From the NCBI GenBank assembly GCA_964016885.1, contig OZ024743.1, positions 318,184,001-318,248,000 of the forward strand: a stretch of 64,000 nucleotides of DNA, given 5' to 3'. The DNA comes from Eledone cirrhosa. Taxonomy: Eukaryota. The notes under the pieces are model-generated. The model had not been told where the DNA came from. It made no database searches and was given only the letters and a program-made list of their open reading frames with translations. Made by a program: the position numbers and the translations under genes. This document shows positions 1 through 15,000 of the stretch, piece by piece; the stretch's first letter is position 1, and every line of letters starts with the position of its first letter.

Positions 1-3000
1 TGTCAGGGACTATAGACAATAGCACCAATGCTAATCTATATGATGTTATATATCAGGGACTATAGACAATAGCACCAATGCTAAGCTATATGATACTGTA
101 TGTCAGGGACTATAGACAATAGCACCAATGCTAATCTATATGATGCTGTATGTCAGGGACTATAGACAATAGCACAAATGCTAATCTATATGATACTGTA
201 TGTCAGGGACTATAGACAATAGCACCAATTCTAATCCATATGATGTTGTATGTCAGGAACTATAGACAATAGCACCAATGCTAATCTATATGATACTGTA
301 TGTTAGGGACTATAGACAATAGCACCAATGCCTATCTATATGATACTGTATGTCAGGGACTATAGACAATAGCACCAATGCTAATCAATATGATACTGTA
401 TGTCAGGGACTATAGACAATAGCACTAATGCTAATGTATATGATACTGTATGTCAGGGACTGTAGACAATAGCACCAATGCTAATCTATATGATGTTGTA
501 TGTCAGGAACTATAGACAATAGCACCAATGCTAATCTATATGATGCTGTATGTCAGGTACTATAGACAATATCACCAATGCTGATCTATATGATGTTGTA
601 TGTCAGGGACTATAGACAATAGCACCAATACTAATCTATATGATGTTGTATGTCAGGGACTATAGACAATAGCACCAATGCTAATCTATATGATACTGTA
701 TGTTAGGGACTATAGACAATAGCACCAATGCTAATCTATATGATACTGTATGTCAGGGACTATAGACAATAGCACCAATGCCTATCTATATGATGTTGTA
801 TGTCAGGGACTATAGACAATAGCACCAATGCCTATCTATATGATACTGTATGTCAGGGACTATAGACAATAGCACCAATGCTAATCTATATGATACTGTA
901 TGTCAGGGACTATAGACAATAGCACCAATGCTAATCTATATGATGTTGTATGTCAGGAACTATAGACAATAGCACCAATGCTATTCTATATGATACTGTA
1001 TGTCAGGGACTATAGACAATAGCACCAATGCTAATCTATATGATGTTGTATGTCAGGGACTATAGACAATAGCACCAATGCTAATCTATATGATACTGTA
1101 TGTCAGGGACTATAGACAATAGCACCAATGCCTATCTATATGATGTTGTATGTCAGGGACTATAGACAATAGCACCAATGCCTATCTATATGATACTGTA
1201 TGTCAGGGACTATAGACAATAGCACCAATGCTAATCTATATGATACTGTATGTCAGGGACTATAGACAATAGCACCAATGCTAATCTATATGATGTTGTA
1301 TGTCAGGAACTATAGACAATAGCACCAATGCTAATCTATATGATACTGTATGTCAGGGACTATAGACAATAGCACCAATGCTAATCTATATGATGTTGTA
1401 TGTCAGGAACTATAGACAATATCACCAATGCTGATCTATTTGATGTTGTATGTCAGGGACTATAGACAATAGACCCAATGCTAATCTATATGATGTTATA
1501 TGTCAGGGACTATAGACAATAGCACCAATGCTAATCTATATGATGTTGTATGTCAGGAACTATAGACAATAGCACCAATGCCTATCTATATGATACTGTA
1601 TGTCAGGGACTATAGACAATAGCACCAATGCTAATCTATATGATACTGTATGTCAGGGACTATAGACAATAGCACTAATGCTAATCTATATGATACTGTA
1701 TGTCAGGGACTGTAGACAATAGCACCAATGCTAATCTATATGATGTTGTATGTCAGGAACTATAGACAATAGCACCAATGCTAATCTATATGATGCTGTA
1801 TGTCAGGTACTATAGACAATATCACCAATGCTGATCTATATGATGTTGTATGTCAGGGACTATAGACAATAGCACCAATGCTAATCTATATGATACTGTA
1901 TGTTAGGGACTATAGACAATAGCACCAATGCTAATCTATATGATACTGTATGTCAGGGACTATAGACAATAGCACCAATGCCTATCTATATGATGTTGTA
2001 TGTCAGGGACTATAGACAATAGCACCAATGCCTATCTATATGATACTGTATGTCAGGGACTATAGACAATAGCACCAATGCTAATCTATATGATACTGTA
2101 TGTCAGGGACTATAGACAATAGCACCAATGCTAATCTATATGATGTTGTATGTCAGGAACTATAGACAATAGCACCAATGCTAATCTATATGATACTGTA
2201 TGTCAGGGACTATAGACAATAGCACCAATGCTAATCTATATGATGTTGTATGTCAGGGACTATAGACAATAGCACCAATGCTAATCTATATGATGTTGTA
2301 TGTCAGGGACTATAGACAATAGCACCAATGCTAATCTATATGATGTTATATGTCAGGGACTATAGACAATAGCACCAATGCTAATCTATATGATACTGTA
2401 TGTCAGGGACTATAGACAATAGCACCAATGCTAATCTATATGATGCTGTATGTCAGGGACTATAGACAATAGCACAAATGTTAATCTATATGATACTGTA
2501 TGTCAGGGACTATAGACAATAGCACCAATGCTAATCCATATGATGTTGTATGTCAGGAACTATAGACAATAGCACCAATGCTAATCTATATGATACTGTA
2601 TGTCAGGGACTATAGACAATAGCACCAATGCTAATCCATATGATGTTGTATGTCAGGGACTATAGACAATAGCACCAATGCTAATCTATATGATACTGTA
2701 TGTCAGGGACTATAGACAATAGCACTAATGCTAATCTATATGTTGTTATATGTCAGGGACTATAGACAATAGCACCAATGCTAATCTATATGATACTGTA
2801 TGTCAGGGACTATAGACAATAGCACCAATGCTAATCTATATGATACTGTATGTCAGGGACTATAGACAATAGCACCAATGCTAATCTATATGATGTTGTA
2901 TGTCAGGGACTATAGACAATAGCACCAATGCTAATCTATATGATACTGTATGTCAGGGACTATAGACAATCGCACAAATGCTAATCTATATGATACTGTA

Positions 3001-6000
3001 TGTCAGGGACTATAGACAATAGCACCAATGCTAATCTATATGATGTTGTATGTCAGGAACTATAGACAATAGCACCAATGCTAATCTATATGATACTGTA
3101 TGTCAGGAACTATAGACAACACCACCAATGCTAATCTATATGATGTTGTATGTCAGGGACTATAGACAATAGCACCAATGCTAATCTATATGATGTTGTA
3201 TGTCAGGAACTATAGACAATAGCACCAATGCTAATCTATATGATGTTGTATGTCAGGGACTATAGACAATAGCACCAATGCTAATCTATATGATACTGTA
3301 TGTTAGGGACTATAGACAATAGCACCAATGCTAATCTATATGATACTGTATGTCAGGGACTATAGACAATAGCACCAATGCCTATCTATATGATGTTGTA
3401 TGTCAGGGACTATAGACAATAGCACCAATGCCTATCTATATGATACTGTATGTCAGGGACTATAGACAATAGCACCAATGCTAATCTATATGATACTGTA
3501 TGTCAGGGACTATAGACAATAGCACCAATGCTAATCTATATGATGTTGTATGTCAGAGACTATAGACAATAGCACCAATGCTAATCTATATGATGTTGTA
3601 TGTCAGAGACTATAGACAATAGCACCAATGCTAATCTATATGATGTAGTATGTCAGGGACTATAGACAATAGCACCAATGCTAATCTATATGATGTTATA
3701 TATCAGGGACTATAGACAATAGCACCAATGCTAAGCTATATGATACTGTATGTCAGGGACTATAGACAATAGCACCAATGCTAATCTATATGATGCTGTA
3801 TGTCAGGGACTATAGACAATAGCACAAATGCTAATCTATATGATACTGTATGTCAGGGACTATAGACAATAGCACCAAGCTAATCTATATGATGCTGTAT
3901 GTCAGGGACTATAGACAATAGCACCAATGCGAATCTATATATTGTATGCCAGGGACTATAGACTATAGCACCAATGCCTATCTATATGATGTTGTATGTC
4001 AGGGACTATAGACAATAGCACCAATGCCTATCTATATGATGTTGTATGTCAGGGACTATAGACAATAGCACCAATGCCTATCTATATGATACTGTATGCC
4101 AGGGACTATAGACAATAGCACCAATTCTAATCTATATGATACTGTATGTCAGGGACTATAGCCAATAGCACCAATGCTACTCTTTATGATGCTGTATGTC
4201 AGGGACTATAGACAATAGCACCAATGCTAATCTATATGATACTGTATGTCAGGGACTATAGACAATAGCACCAATGCTAATCTATATGATACTGTATGTC
4301 AGGGACTATAGACGATAGCACCAATGCTAATCTATATGATGTTGTATGTCAGGTACTATAGACAACACCACCAATGCTAATCTATATGATGTTGTATGTC
4401 AGAGACTATAGACAATAGCACCAATGCTAATCTATATGATGTTGTATGTCAGAGACTATAGACAATAGCACCAATGCTAATCTATATGATGTTGTATGTC
4501 AGAGACTATAGACAATAGCACCAATGCTAATCTATATGATGCAGTATGTCAGGGACTATAGACAATAGCACCAATGCTAATCTATATGATGTTATATATC
4601 AGGGACTATAGACAATAGCACCAATGCTAAGCTATATGATACTGTATGTCAGGGACTATAGACAATAGCACCAATGCTAATCTATATGATGCTGTATGTC
4701 AGGGACTATAGACAATAGCACCAATGCTAATCTATATGATGTTATATATCAGGGACTATAGACAATAGCACCAATGCTAAGCTATATGATACTGTATGTC
4801 AGGGACTATAGACAATAGCACAAATGCTAATCTATATGATACTGTATGTCAGGGACTATAGACAATAGCACCAATTCTAATCCATATGATGTTGTATGTC
4901 AGGAACTATAGACAATAGCACCAATGCTAATCTATATGATACTGTATGTTAGGGACTATAGACAATAGCACCAATGCCTATCTATATGATACTGTATGTC
5001 AGGGACTATAGACAATAGCACCAATGCTAATCAATATGATACTGTATGTCAGGGACTATAGACAATAGCACTAATGCTAATCTATATGATACTGTATGTC
5101 AGGGACTGTAGACAATAGCACCAATGCTAATCTATATGATGTTGTATGTCAGGAACTATAGACAATAGCACCAATGCTAATCTATATGATGCTGTATGTC
5201 AGGTACTATAGACAATATCACCAATGCTGATCTATATGATGTTGTATGTCAGGGACTATAGACAATAGCACCAATACTAATCTATATGATGTTGTATGTC
5301 AGGGACTATAGACAATAGCACCAATGCTAATCTATATGATACTGTATGTTAGGGACTATAGACAATAGCACCAATGCTAATCTATATGAGACTGTATGTC
5401 AGGGACTATAGACAATAGCACCAATGCCTATCTATATGATGTTGTATGTCAGGGACTATAGACAATAGCACCAATGCCTATCTATATGATACTGTATGTC
5501 AGGGACTATAGACAATAGCACCAATGCTAATCTATATGATACTGTATGTCAGGGACTATAGACAATAGCACCAATGCTAATCTATATGATGTTGTATGTC
5601 AGGAACTATAGACAATAGCACCAATGCTATTCTATATGATACTGTATGTCAGGGACTATAGACAATAGCACCAATGCTAATCTATATGATGTTGTATGTC
5701 AGGGACTATAGACAATAGCACCAATGCTAATCTATATGATACTGTATGTCAGGGACTATAGACAATAGCACCAATGCTTATCTATATGATGTTGTATGTC
5801 AGGGACTATAGACAATAGCACCAATGCCTATCTATATGATACTGTATGTCAGGGACTATAGACAATAGCACCAATGCTAATCTATATGATACTGTATGTC
5901 AGGGACTATAGACAATAGCACCAATGCTAATCTATATGATGTTGTATGTCAGGAACTATAGACAATAGCACCAATGCTAATCTATATGATACTGTATGTC

Positions 6001-9000
6001 AGGGACTATAGACAATAGCACCAATGCTAATCTATATGATGTTGTATGTCAGGAACTATAGACAATATCACCAATGCTGATCTATTTGATGTTGTATGTC
6101 AGGGACTATAGACAATAGACCCAATGCTAATCTATATGATGTTATATGTCAGGGACTATAGACAATAGCACCAATGCTAATCTATATGATGTTGTATGTC
6201 AGGAACTATAGACAATAGCACCAATGCCTATCTATATGATACTGTATGTCAGGGACTATAGACAATAGCACCAATGCTAATCTATATGATACTGTATGTC
6301 AGGGACTATAGACAATAGCACTAATGCTAATCTATATGATACTGTATGTCAGGGACTGTAGACAATAGCACCAATGCTAATCTATATGATGTTGTATGTC
6401 AGGAACTATAGACAATAGCACCAATGCTAATCTATATGATGCTGTATGTCAGGTACTATAGACAATATCACCAATGCTGATCTATATGATGTTGTATGTC
6501 AGGGACTATAGACAATAGCACCAATGCTAATCTATATGATACTGTATGTTAGGGACTATAGACAATAGCACCAATGCTAATCTATATGATGCTGTATGTC
6601 AGGTACTATAGACAATATCACCAATGCTAATCTATATGATACTGTATGTCAGGGACTATAGACAATAGCACCAATGCCTATCTATATGATGTTGTATGTC
6701 AGGGACTATAGACAATAGCACCAATGCCTATCTATATGATACTGTATGTCAGGGACTATAGACAATAGCACCAATGCTAATCTATATGATACTGTATGTC
6801 AGGGACTATAGACAATAGCACCAATGCTAATCTATATGATGTTGTATGTCAGGAACTATAGACAATAGCACCAATGCTAATCTATATGATACTGTATGTC
6901 AGGGACTATAGACAATAGCACCAATGCTAATCTATATGATGTTGTATGTCAGGGACTATAGACAATAGCACCAATGCTAATCTATATGATGTTGTATGTC
7001 AGGGACTATAGACAATAGCACCAATGCTAATCTATATGATGTTATATGTCAGGGACTATAGACAATAGCACCAATGCTAATCTATATGATACTGTATGTC
7101 AGGGACTATAGACAATAGCACCAATGCTAATCTATATGATGCTGTATGTCAGGGACTATAGACAATAGCACAAATGCTAATCTATATGATACTGTATGTC
7201 AGGGACTATAGACAATAGCACCAATGCTAATCCATATGATGTTGTATGTCAGGAACTATAGACAATAGCACCAATGCTAATCTATATGATACTGTATGTC
7301 AGGGACTATAGACAATAGCACCAATGCTAATCCATATGATGTTGTATGTCAGGGACTATAGACAATAGCACCAATGCTAATCTATATGATACTGTATGTC
7401 AGGGACTATAGACAATAGCACTAATGCTAATCTATATGTTGTTATATGTCAGGGACTATAGACAATAGCACCAATGCTAATCTATATGATACTGTATGTC
7501 AGGGACTATAGACAATAGCACCAATGCTAATCTATATGATACTGTATGTCAGGGACTATAGACAATAGCACCAATGCTAATCTATATGATGTTGTATGTC
7601 AGGGACTATAGACAATAGCACCAATGCTAATCTATATGATACTGTATGTCAGGGACTATAGACAATCGCACAAATGCTAATCTATATGATACTGTATGTC
7701 AGGGACTATAGACAATAGCACCAATGCTAATCTATATGATGTTGTATGTCAGGAACTATAGACAATAGCACCAATGCTAATCTATATGATACTGTATGTC
7801 AGGGACTATAGACAATAGCACCAATGCTAATATATATGATGTTGTATGTCAGGGACTATAGACAATAGCACCAATGCTAATATATATGATGTTGTATGTC
7901 AGGGACTATAGACAACACCACCAATGCTAATCTATATGATGTTGTATGTCAGGGACTATAGATAATAGCACCAATGCTAATCTATATGATGTTGTATGTC
8001 AGGGACTATAGATAATAGCACCAATGCTAATCTATATGATGTTGTATGTCAGGGACTATAGACAATAGCACCAATGCTAATCTATATGATGTTGTATGTC
8101 AGGAACTATAGACAATAGCACCAATGCTAATCTATATGATGTTGTATGTCAGGGACTATAGACAATAGCACCAATGCTAATCTATATGATACTGTATGTT
8201 AGGGACTATAGACAATAGCACCAATGCTAATCTATATGATACTGTATGTCAGGGACTATAGACAATAGCACCAATGCCTATCTATATGATGTTGTATGTC
8301 AGGGACTATAGACAATAGCACCAATGCTAATCTATATGATACTGTATGTCAGGGACTATAGACAATAGCACCAATGCTAATCTATATGATACTGTATGTC
8401 AGGGACTATAGACAATAGCACCAATGCTAATCTATATGATACTGTATGTCAGGGACTATAGACAATAACACCAATGCTAATCTATATGATGCTGTATGTC
8501 AGGGACTATAGACAATAGCACCAATGCTAATCTATATGTTGTTGTATGTCAGGGACTATAGACAGTAGCACCAATGCTAATCTATATGATACTGTATGTC
8601 AGGTACTATAGACAACACCACCAATGCTAATCTATATGATGTTGTATGTCAGGGACTATAGACAGTAGCACCAATGCTAATCTGTATGATACTGTATGTC
8701 AGGGACTAGAGACAATAGCACCAATCCTAATCTATATGGTACTGTATGTCAGGGACTATAGACAATAGCACCAATGCTAATCTATATGATGTTGTATGTC
8801 AGGAACTATAGACAATAGCACCAATGCTAATCTATATGATACTGTATGTCAGGGACTAGAGACAATAGCACCAATGCTAATCTATATGATGCTGTATGTC
8901 AGGGACTATAGACAATAGCACCAATGCGAATCTATATATTGTATGCCAGGGACTATAGACTATAGCACCAATGCTAGTCTATATGATGTTGTATGTCAGG

Positions 9001-12000
9001 GACTATAGACAATAGCACCAATGCTAATCTATATGATACTGTATGTCAGGGACTATAGACAACACCACCAATGCTAATCTATATGATACTGTATGTTAGG
9101 GACTATAGACAATAGCACCAATGCCTATCTATATGATACTGTATGTCAGGGACTATAGACAACACCACCAATGCCTATCTATATGATGTTGTATGTCAGG
9201 GACTATAGACAATAGCACCAATGCTAATCTATATGATGTTGTATGTCAGGGACTATAGACGATAGCACCAATGCTAATCTATATGATACTGTATGTCAGG
9301 GACTATAGACAATAGCACCAATGCCTATCTATATGATGTTGTATGTCAGGGACTATAGACAACACCACCAATGCCTATCTATATGATACTGTATGTCAGG
9401 GACTATAGACAATAGCACCAATGCTAATCTATATGACACTGTATGTCAGGGACTATAGACAATAGCACCAATGCTAATCTATATGATGTTGTATGTCAGA
9501 GACTATAGACAATAGCACCAATGCTAATCTATATGATGTAGTATGTCAGGGACTATAGACAATAGCACCAATGCTAATCTATATGATGTTATATATCAGG
9601 GACTATAGACAATAGCACCAATGCTAAGCTATATGATACTGTATGTCAGGGACTATAGACAATAGCACAAATGCTAATCTATATGATGTTGTATGTCAGG
9701 TACTATAGACAATAGCACCAATGCGAATCTATATATTGTATGCCAGGGACTATAGACTATAGCACCAATGCTAGTCTATATGATGTTGTATGTCAGGGAC
9801 TATAGACAATAGCACCAATGCTAATCTATATGATGTTGTATGTCAGGGACTGTAGACAATAGCACCAATGCTAATCTATATGATGTTGTATGTCAGGGAC
9901 TATAGACAATAGCACCAATGCTAATCTATATGATGTTGTATGTCAGGGACTATAGACAATAGCACCAATGCTAATCTATATGATGTTGTATGTCAGGGAC
10001 TATAGACAATAGCACCAATGCCTATCTATATGATACTGTATGTCAGGGACTATAGACAATAGCACCAATGCCTATCTATATGATACTGTATGTCAGGGAC
10101 TATAGACAACACCACCAATGCTAATCTATATGATGCTGTATGTCAGGGACTATAGACAACACCACCAATGCTATTCTATATGATGCTGTATGTCAGGGAC
10201 TATAGACGATAGCACCAATGCTAATCTATATGATACTGTATGTCAGGGACTATAGACAATAGCACCAATGCCTATCTATATGATGTTGTATGTCAGGGAC
10301 TATAGACAATAGCACCAATGCCTATCTATATGATACTGTATGCCAGGGACTATAGACAATAGCACCAATTCTAATCTACATGATACTGTATGTCAGGGAC
10401 TATAGCCAATAGCACCAATGCTACTCTTTATGATGCTGTATGTCAGGGACTATAGACAATAGCACCAATGCTAATCTATATGATGTTGTATGTCAGGGAC
10501 TATAGACAATAGCACCAATGCTAATCTATATGATACTGTATGTCAGGGACTATAAACAACACCACCAATGCTAATCTATATGATGTTGTATGTCAGGGAC
10601 TATAGACAATAGCACCAATGCTAATCTATATGATGTTGTATGTCAGGTACTATAGACAACACCACCAATGCTAATCTATATGATGTTGTATGTCAGAGAC
10701 TATAGACAATAGCACCAATGCTAATCTATATGATGTTGTATGTCAGAGACTATAGACAATAGCACCAATGCTAATCTATATGATGTTGTATGTCAGAGAC
10801 TATAGACAATAGCACCAATGCTAATCTATATGATGCAGTATGTCAGGGACTATAGACAATAGCACCAATGCTAATCTATATGATGTTATATATCAGGGAC
10901 TATAGACAATAGCACCAATGCTAAGCTATATGATACTGTATGTCAGGGACTATAGACAATAGCACAAATGCTAATCTATATGATACTGTATGTCAGGGAC
11001 TATAGACAATAGCACCAATTCTAATCCATATGATGTTGTATGTCAGGAACTATAGACAATAGCACCAATGCTAATCTATATGATACTGTATGTTAGGGAC
11101 TATAGACAATAGCACCAATGCCTATCTATATGATACTGTATGTCAGGGACTATAGACAATAGCACCAATGCTAATCTATATGATACTGTATGTCAGGGAC
11201 TATAGACAATAGCACTAATGCTAATCTATATGATACTGTATGTCAGGGACTGTAGACAATAGCACCAATGCTAATCTATATGATGTTGTATGTCAGGAAC
11301 TATAGACAATAGCACCAATACTAATCTATATGATGTTGTATGTCAGGTACTATAGACAATATCACCAATGCTGATCTATATGATGTTGTATGTCAGGGAC
11401 TATAGACAATAGCACCAATACTAATCTATATGATGTTGTATGTCAGGGACTATAGACAATAGCACCAATGCTAATCTATATGATACTGTATGTTAGGGAC
11501 TATAGACAATAGCACCAATGCTAATCTATATGATACTGTATGTCAGGGACTATAGACAATAGCACCAATGCCTATCTATATGATGTTGTATGTCAGGGAC
11601 TATAGACAATAGCACCAATGCCTATCTATATGATACTGTATGTCAGGGACTATAGACAATAGCACCAATGCTAATCTATATGATACTGTATGTCAGGGAC
11701 TATAGACAATAGCACTAATGCTAATCTATATGTTGTTATATGTCAGGGACTATAGACAATAGCACCAATGCTAATCTATATGATACTGTATGTCAGGGAC
11801 TATAGACAATAGCACCAATGCCTATCTATATGATGTTTTATGTCAGGGACTATAGACAATAGCACCAATGCTAATCTATATGATGTTATATGTCAGGGAC
11901 TATAGACAATAGCACCAATGCTAATCTATATGATACTGTATGTCAGGGACTATAGACAATAGCACCAATGCTAATCTATATGATACTGTATGTCAGGGAC

Positions 12001-15000
12001 TATAGACAATAGCACTAATGCTAATCTATATGTTGTTATATGTCAGGGACTATAGACAATAGCACCAATGCTAATCTATATGATACTGTATGTCAGGGAC
12101 TATAGACAATAGCACCAATGCTAATCTATATGATGTTGTATGTCAGGAACTATAGACAATAGCACCAATGCTAATCTATATGATACTGTATGTCAGCGAC
12201 TATAGACAATAGCACCAATGCTAATCTATATGATGCTGTATGTCAGGGACTATAGACAATCGCACAAATGCTAATCTATATGATACTGTATGTCAGGGAC
12301 TATAGACAATAGCACCAATGCGAATCTATATATTGTATGCCAGGGACTATAGACTATAGCACCAATGCTCGTCTATATGATGTTGTATGTCAGGGACTAT
12401 AGACAATAGCACCAATGCTAATCTATATGATACTGTATGTCAGGGACTATAGACAATAGCACCAATGCTAATCTATATGATACTGTATGTCAGGGACTAT
12501 AGACAATAGCACTAATGCTAATCTATATGTTGTTATATGTCAGGGACTATAGACAATAGCACCAATGCTAATCTATATGATACTGTATGTCAGGGACTAT
12601 AGACAATAGCACCAATGCTAATCTATATGATACTGTATGTCAGGGACTATAGACAATAGCACTAATGCTAATCTATATGTTGTTATATGTCAGGGACTAT
12701 AGACAATAGCACCAATGCTAATCTATATGATACTGTATGTCAGGGACTATAGACAATAGCACCAATGCTAATCTATATGATACTGTATGTCAGGGACTAT
12801 AGACAACACCACCAATGCTAATCTATATGATACTGTATGTTAGGGACTATAGACAATAGCACCAATGCCTATCTATATGATACTGTATGTCAGGGACTAT
12901 AGACAACACCACCAATGCCTATCTATATGATGTTGTATGTCAGGGACTATAGACAATAGCACCAATGCTAATCTATATGATGTTGTATGTCAGGGACTAT
13001 AGACGATAGCACCAATGCTAATCTATATGATACTGTATGTCAGGGACTATAGACAATAGCACCAATGCCTATCTATATGATGTTGTATGTCAGGGACTAT
13101 AGACAACACCACCAATGCCTATCTATATGATACTGTATGTCAGGGACTATAGACAATAGCACCAATGCTAATCTATATGACACTGTATGTCAGGGACTAT
13201 AGACAATAGCACCAATGCTAATCTATATGATGTTGTATGTCAGAGACTATAGACAATAGCACCAATGCTAATCTATATGATGTAGTATGTCAGGGACTAT
13301 AGACAATAGCACCAATGCTAATCTATATGATGTTATATATCAGGGACTATAGACAATAGCACCAATGCTAAGCTATATGATACTGTATGTCAGGGACTAT
13401 AGACAATAGCACAAATGCTAATCTATATGATGTTGTATGTCAGGTACTATAGACAATAGCACCAATGCGAATCTATATATTGTATGCCAGGGACTATAGA
13501 CTATAGCACCAATGCTAGTCTATATGATGTTGTATGTCAGGGACTATAGACAATAGCACCAATGCTAATCTATATGATGTTGTATGTCAGGGACTGTAGA
13601 CAATAGCACCAATGCTAATCTATATGATGTTGTATGTCAGGGACTATAGACAATAGCACCAATGCTAATCTATATGATGTTGTATGTCAGGGACTATAGA
13701 CAATAGCACCAATGCTAATCTATATGATGTTGTATGTCAGGGACTATAGACAATAGCACCAATGCCTATCTATATGATACTGTATGTCAGGGACTATAGA
13801 CAATAGCACCAATGCCTATCTATATGATACTGTATGTCAGGGACTATAGACAACACCACCAATGCTAATCTATATGATGCTGTATGTCAGGGACTATAGA
13901 CAACACCACCAATGCTATTCTATATGATGCTGTATGTCAGGGACTATAGACGATAGCACCAATGCTAATCTATATGATACTGTATGTCAGGGACTATAGA
14001 CAATAGCACCAATGCCTATCTATATGATGTTGTATGTCAGGGACTATAGACAATAGCACCAATGCCTATCTATATGATACTGTATGCCAGGGACTATAGA
14101 CAATAGCACCAATTCTAATCTACATGATACTGTATGTCAGGGACTATAGCCAATAGCACCAATGCTACTCTTTATGATGCTGTATGTCAGGGACTATAGA
14201 CAATAGCACCAATGCTAATCTATATGATGTTGTATGTCAGGGACTATAGACAATAGCACCAATGCTAATCTATATGATACTGTATGTCAGGGACTATAAA
14301 CAACACCACCAATGCTAATCTATATGATGTTGTATGTCAGGGACTATAGACAATAGCACCAATGCTAATCTATATGATGTTGTATGTCAGGTACTATAGA
14401 CAACACCACCAATGCTAATCTATATGATGTTGTATGTCAGAGACTATAGACAATAGCACCAATGCTAATCTATATGATGTTGTATGTCAGAGACTATAGA
14501 CAATAGCACCAATGCTAATCTATATGATGCAGTATGTCAGGGACTATAGACAATAGCACCAATGCTAATCTATATGATGTTATATATCAGGGACTATAGA
14601 CAATAGCACCAATGCTAAGCTATATGATACTGTATGTCAGGGACTATAGACAATAGCACAAATGCTAATCTATATGATACTGTATGTCAGGGACTATAGA
14701 CAATAGCACCAATTCTAATCCATATGATGTTGTATGTCAGGAACTATAGACAATAGCACCAATGCTAATCTATATGATACTGTATGTTAGGGACTATAGA
14801 CAATAGCACCAATGCCTATCTATATGATACTGTATGTCAGGGACTATAGACAATAGCACCAATGCTAATCTATATGATACTGTATGTCAGGGACTATAGA
14901 CAATAGCACTAATGCTAATCTATATGATACTGTATGTCAGGGACTGTAGACAATAGCACCAATGCTAATCTATATGATGTTGTATGTCAGGAACTATAGA

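Noticed and set aside
301-310. Telomeric TTAGGG within GTTAGGGAC variants
   Set aside because: It is a single C>T variant of GTCAGGGAC and is never tandem.
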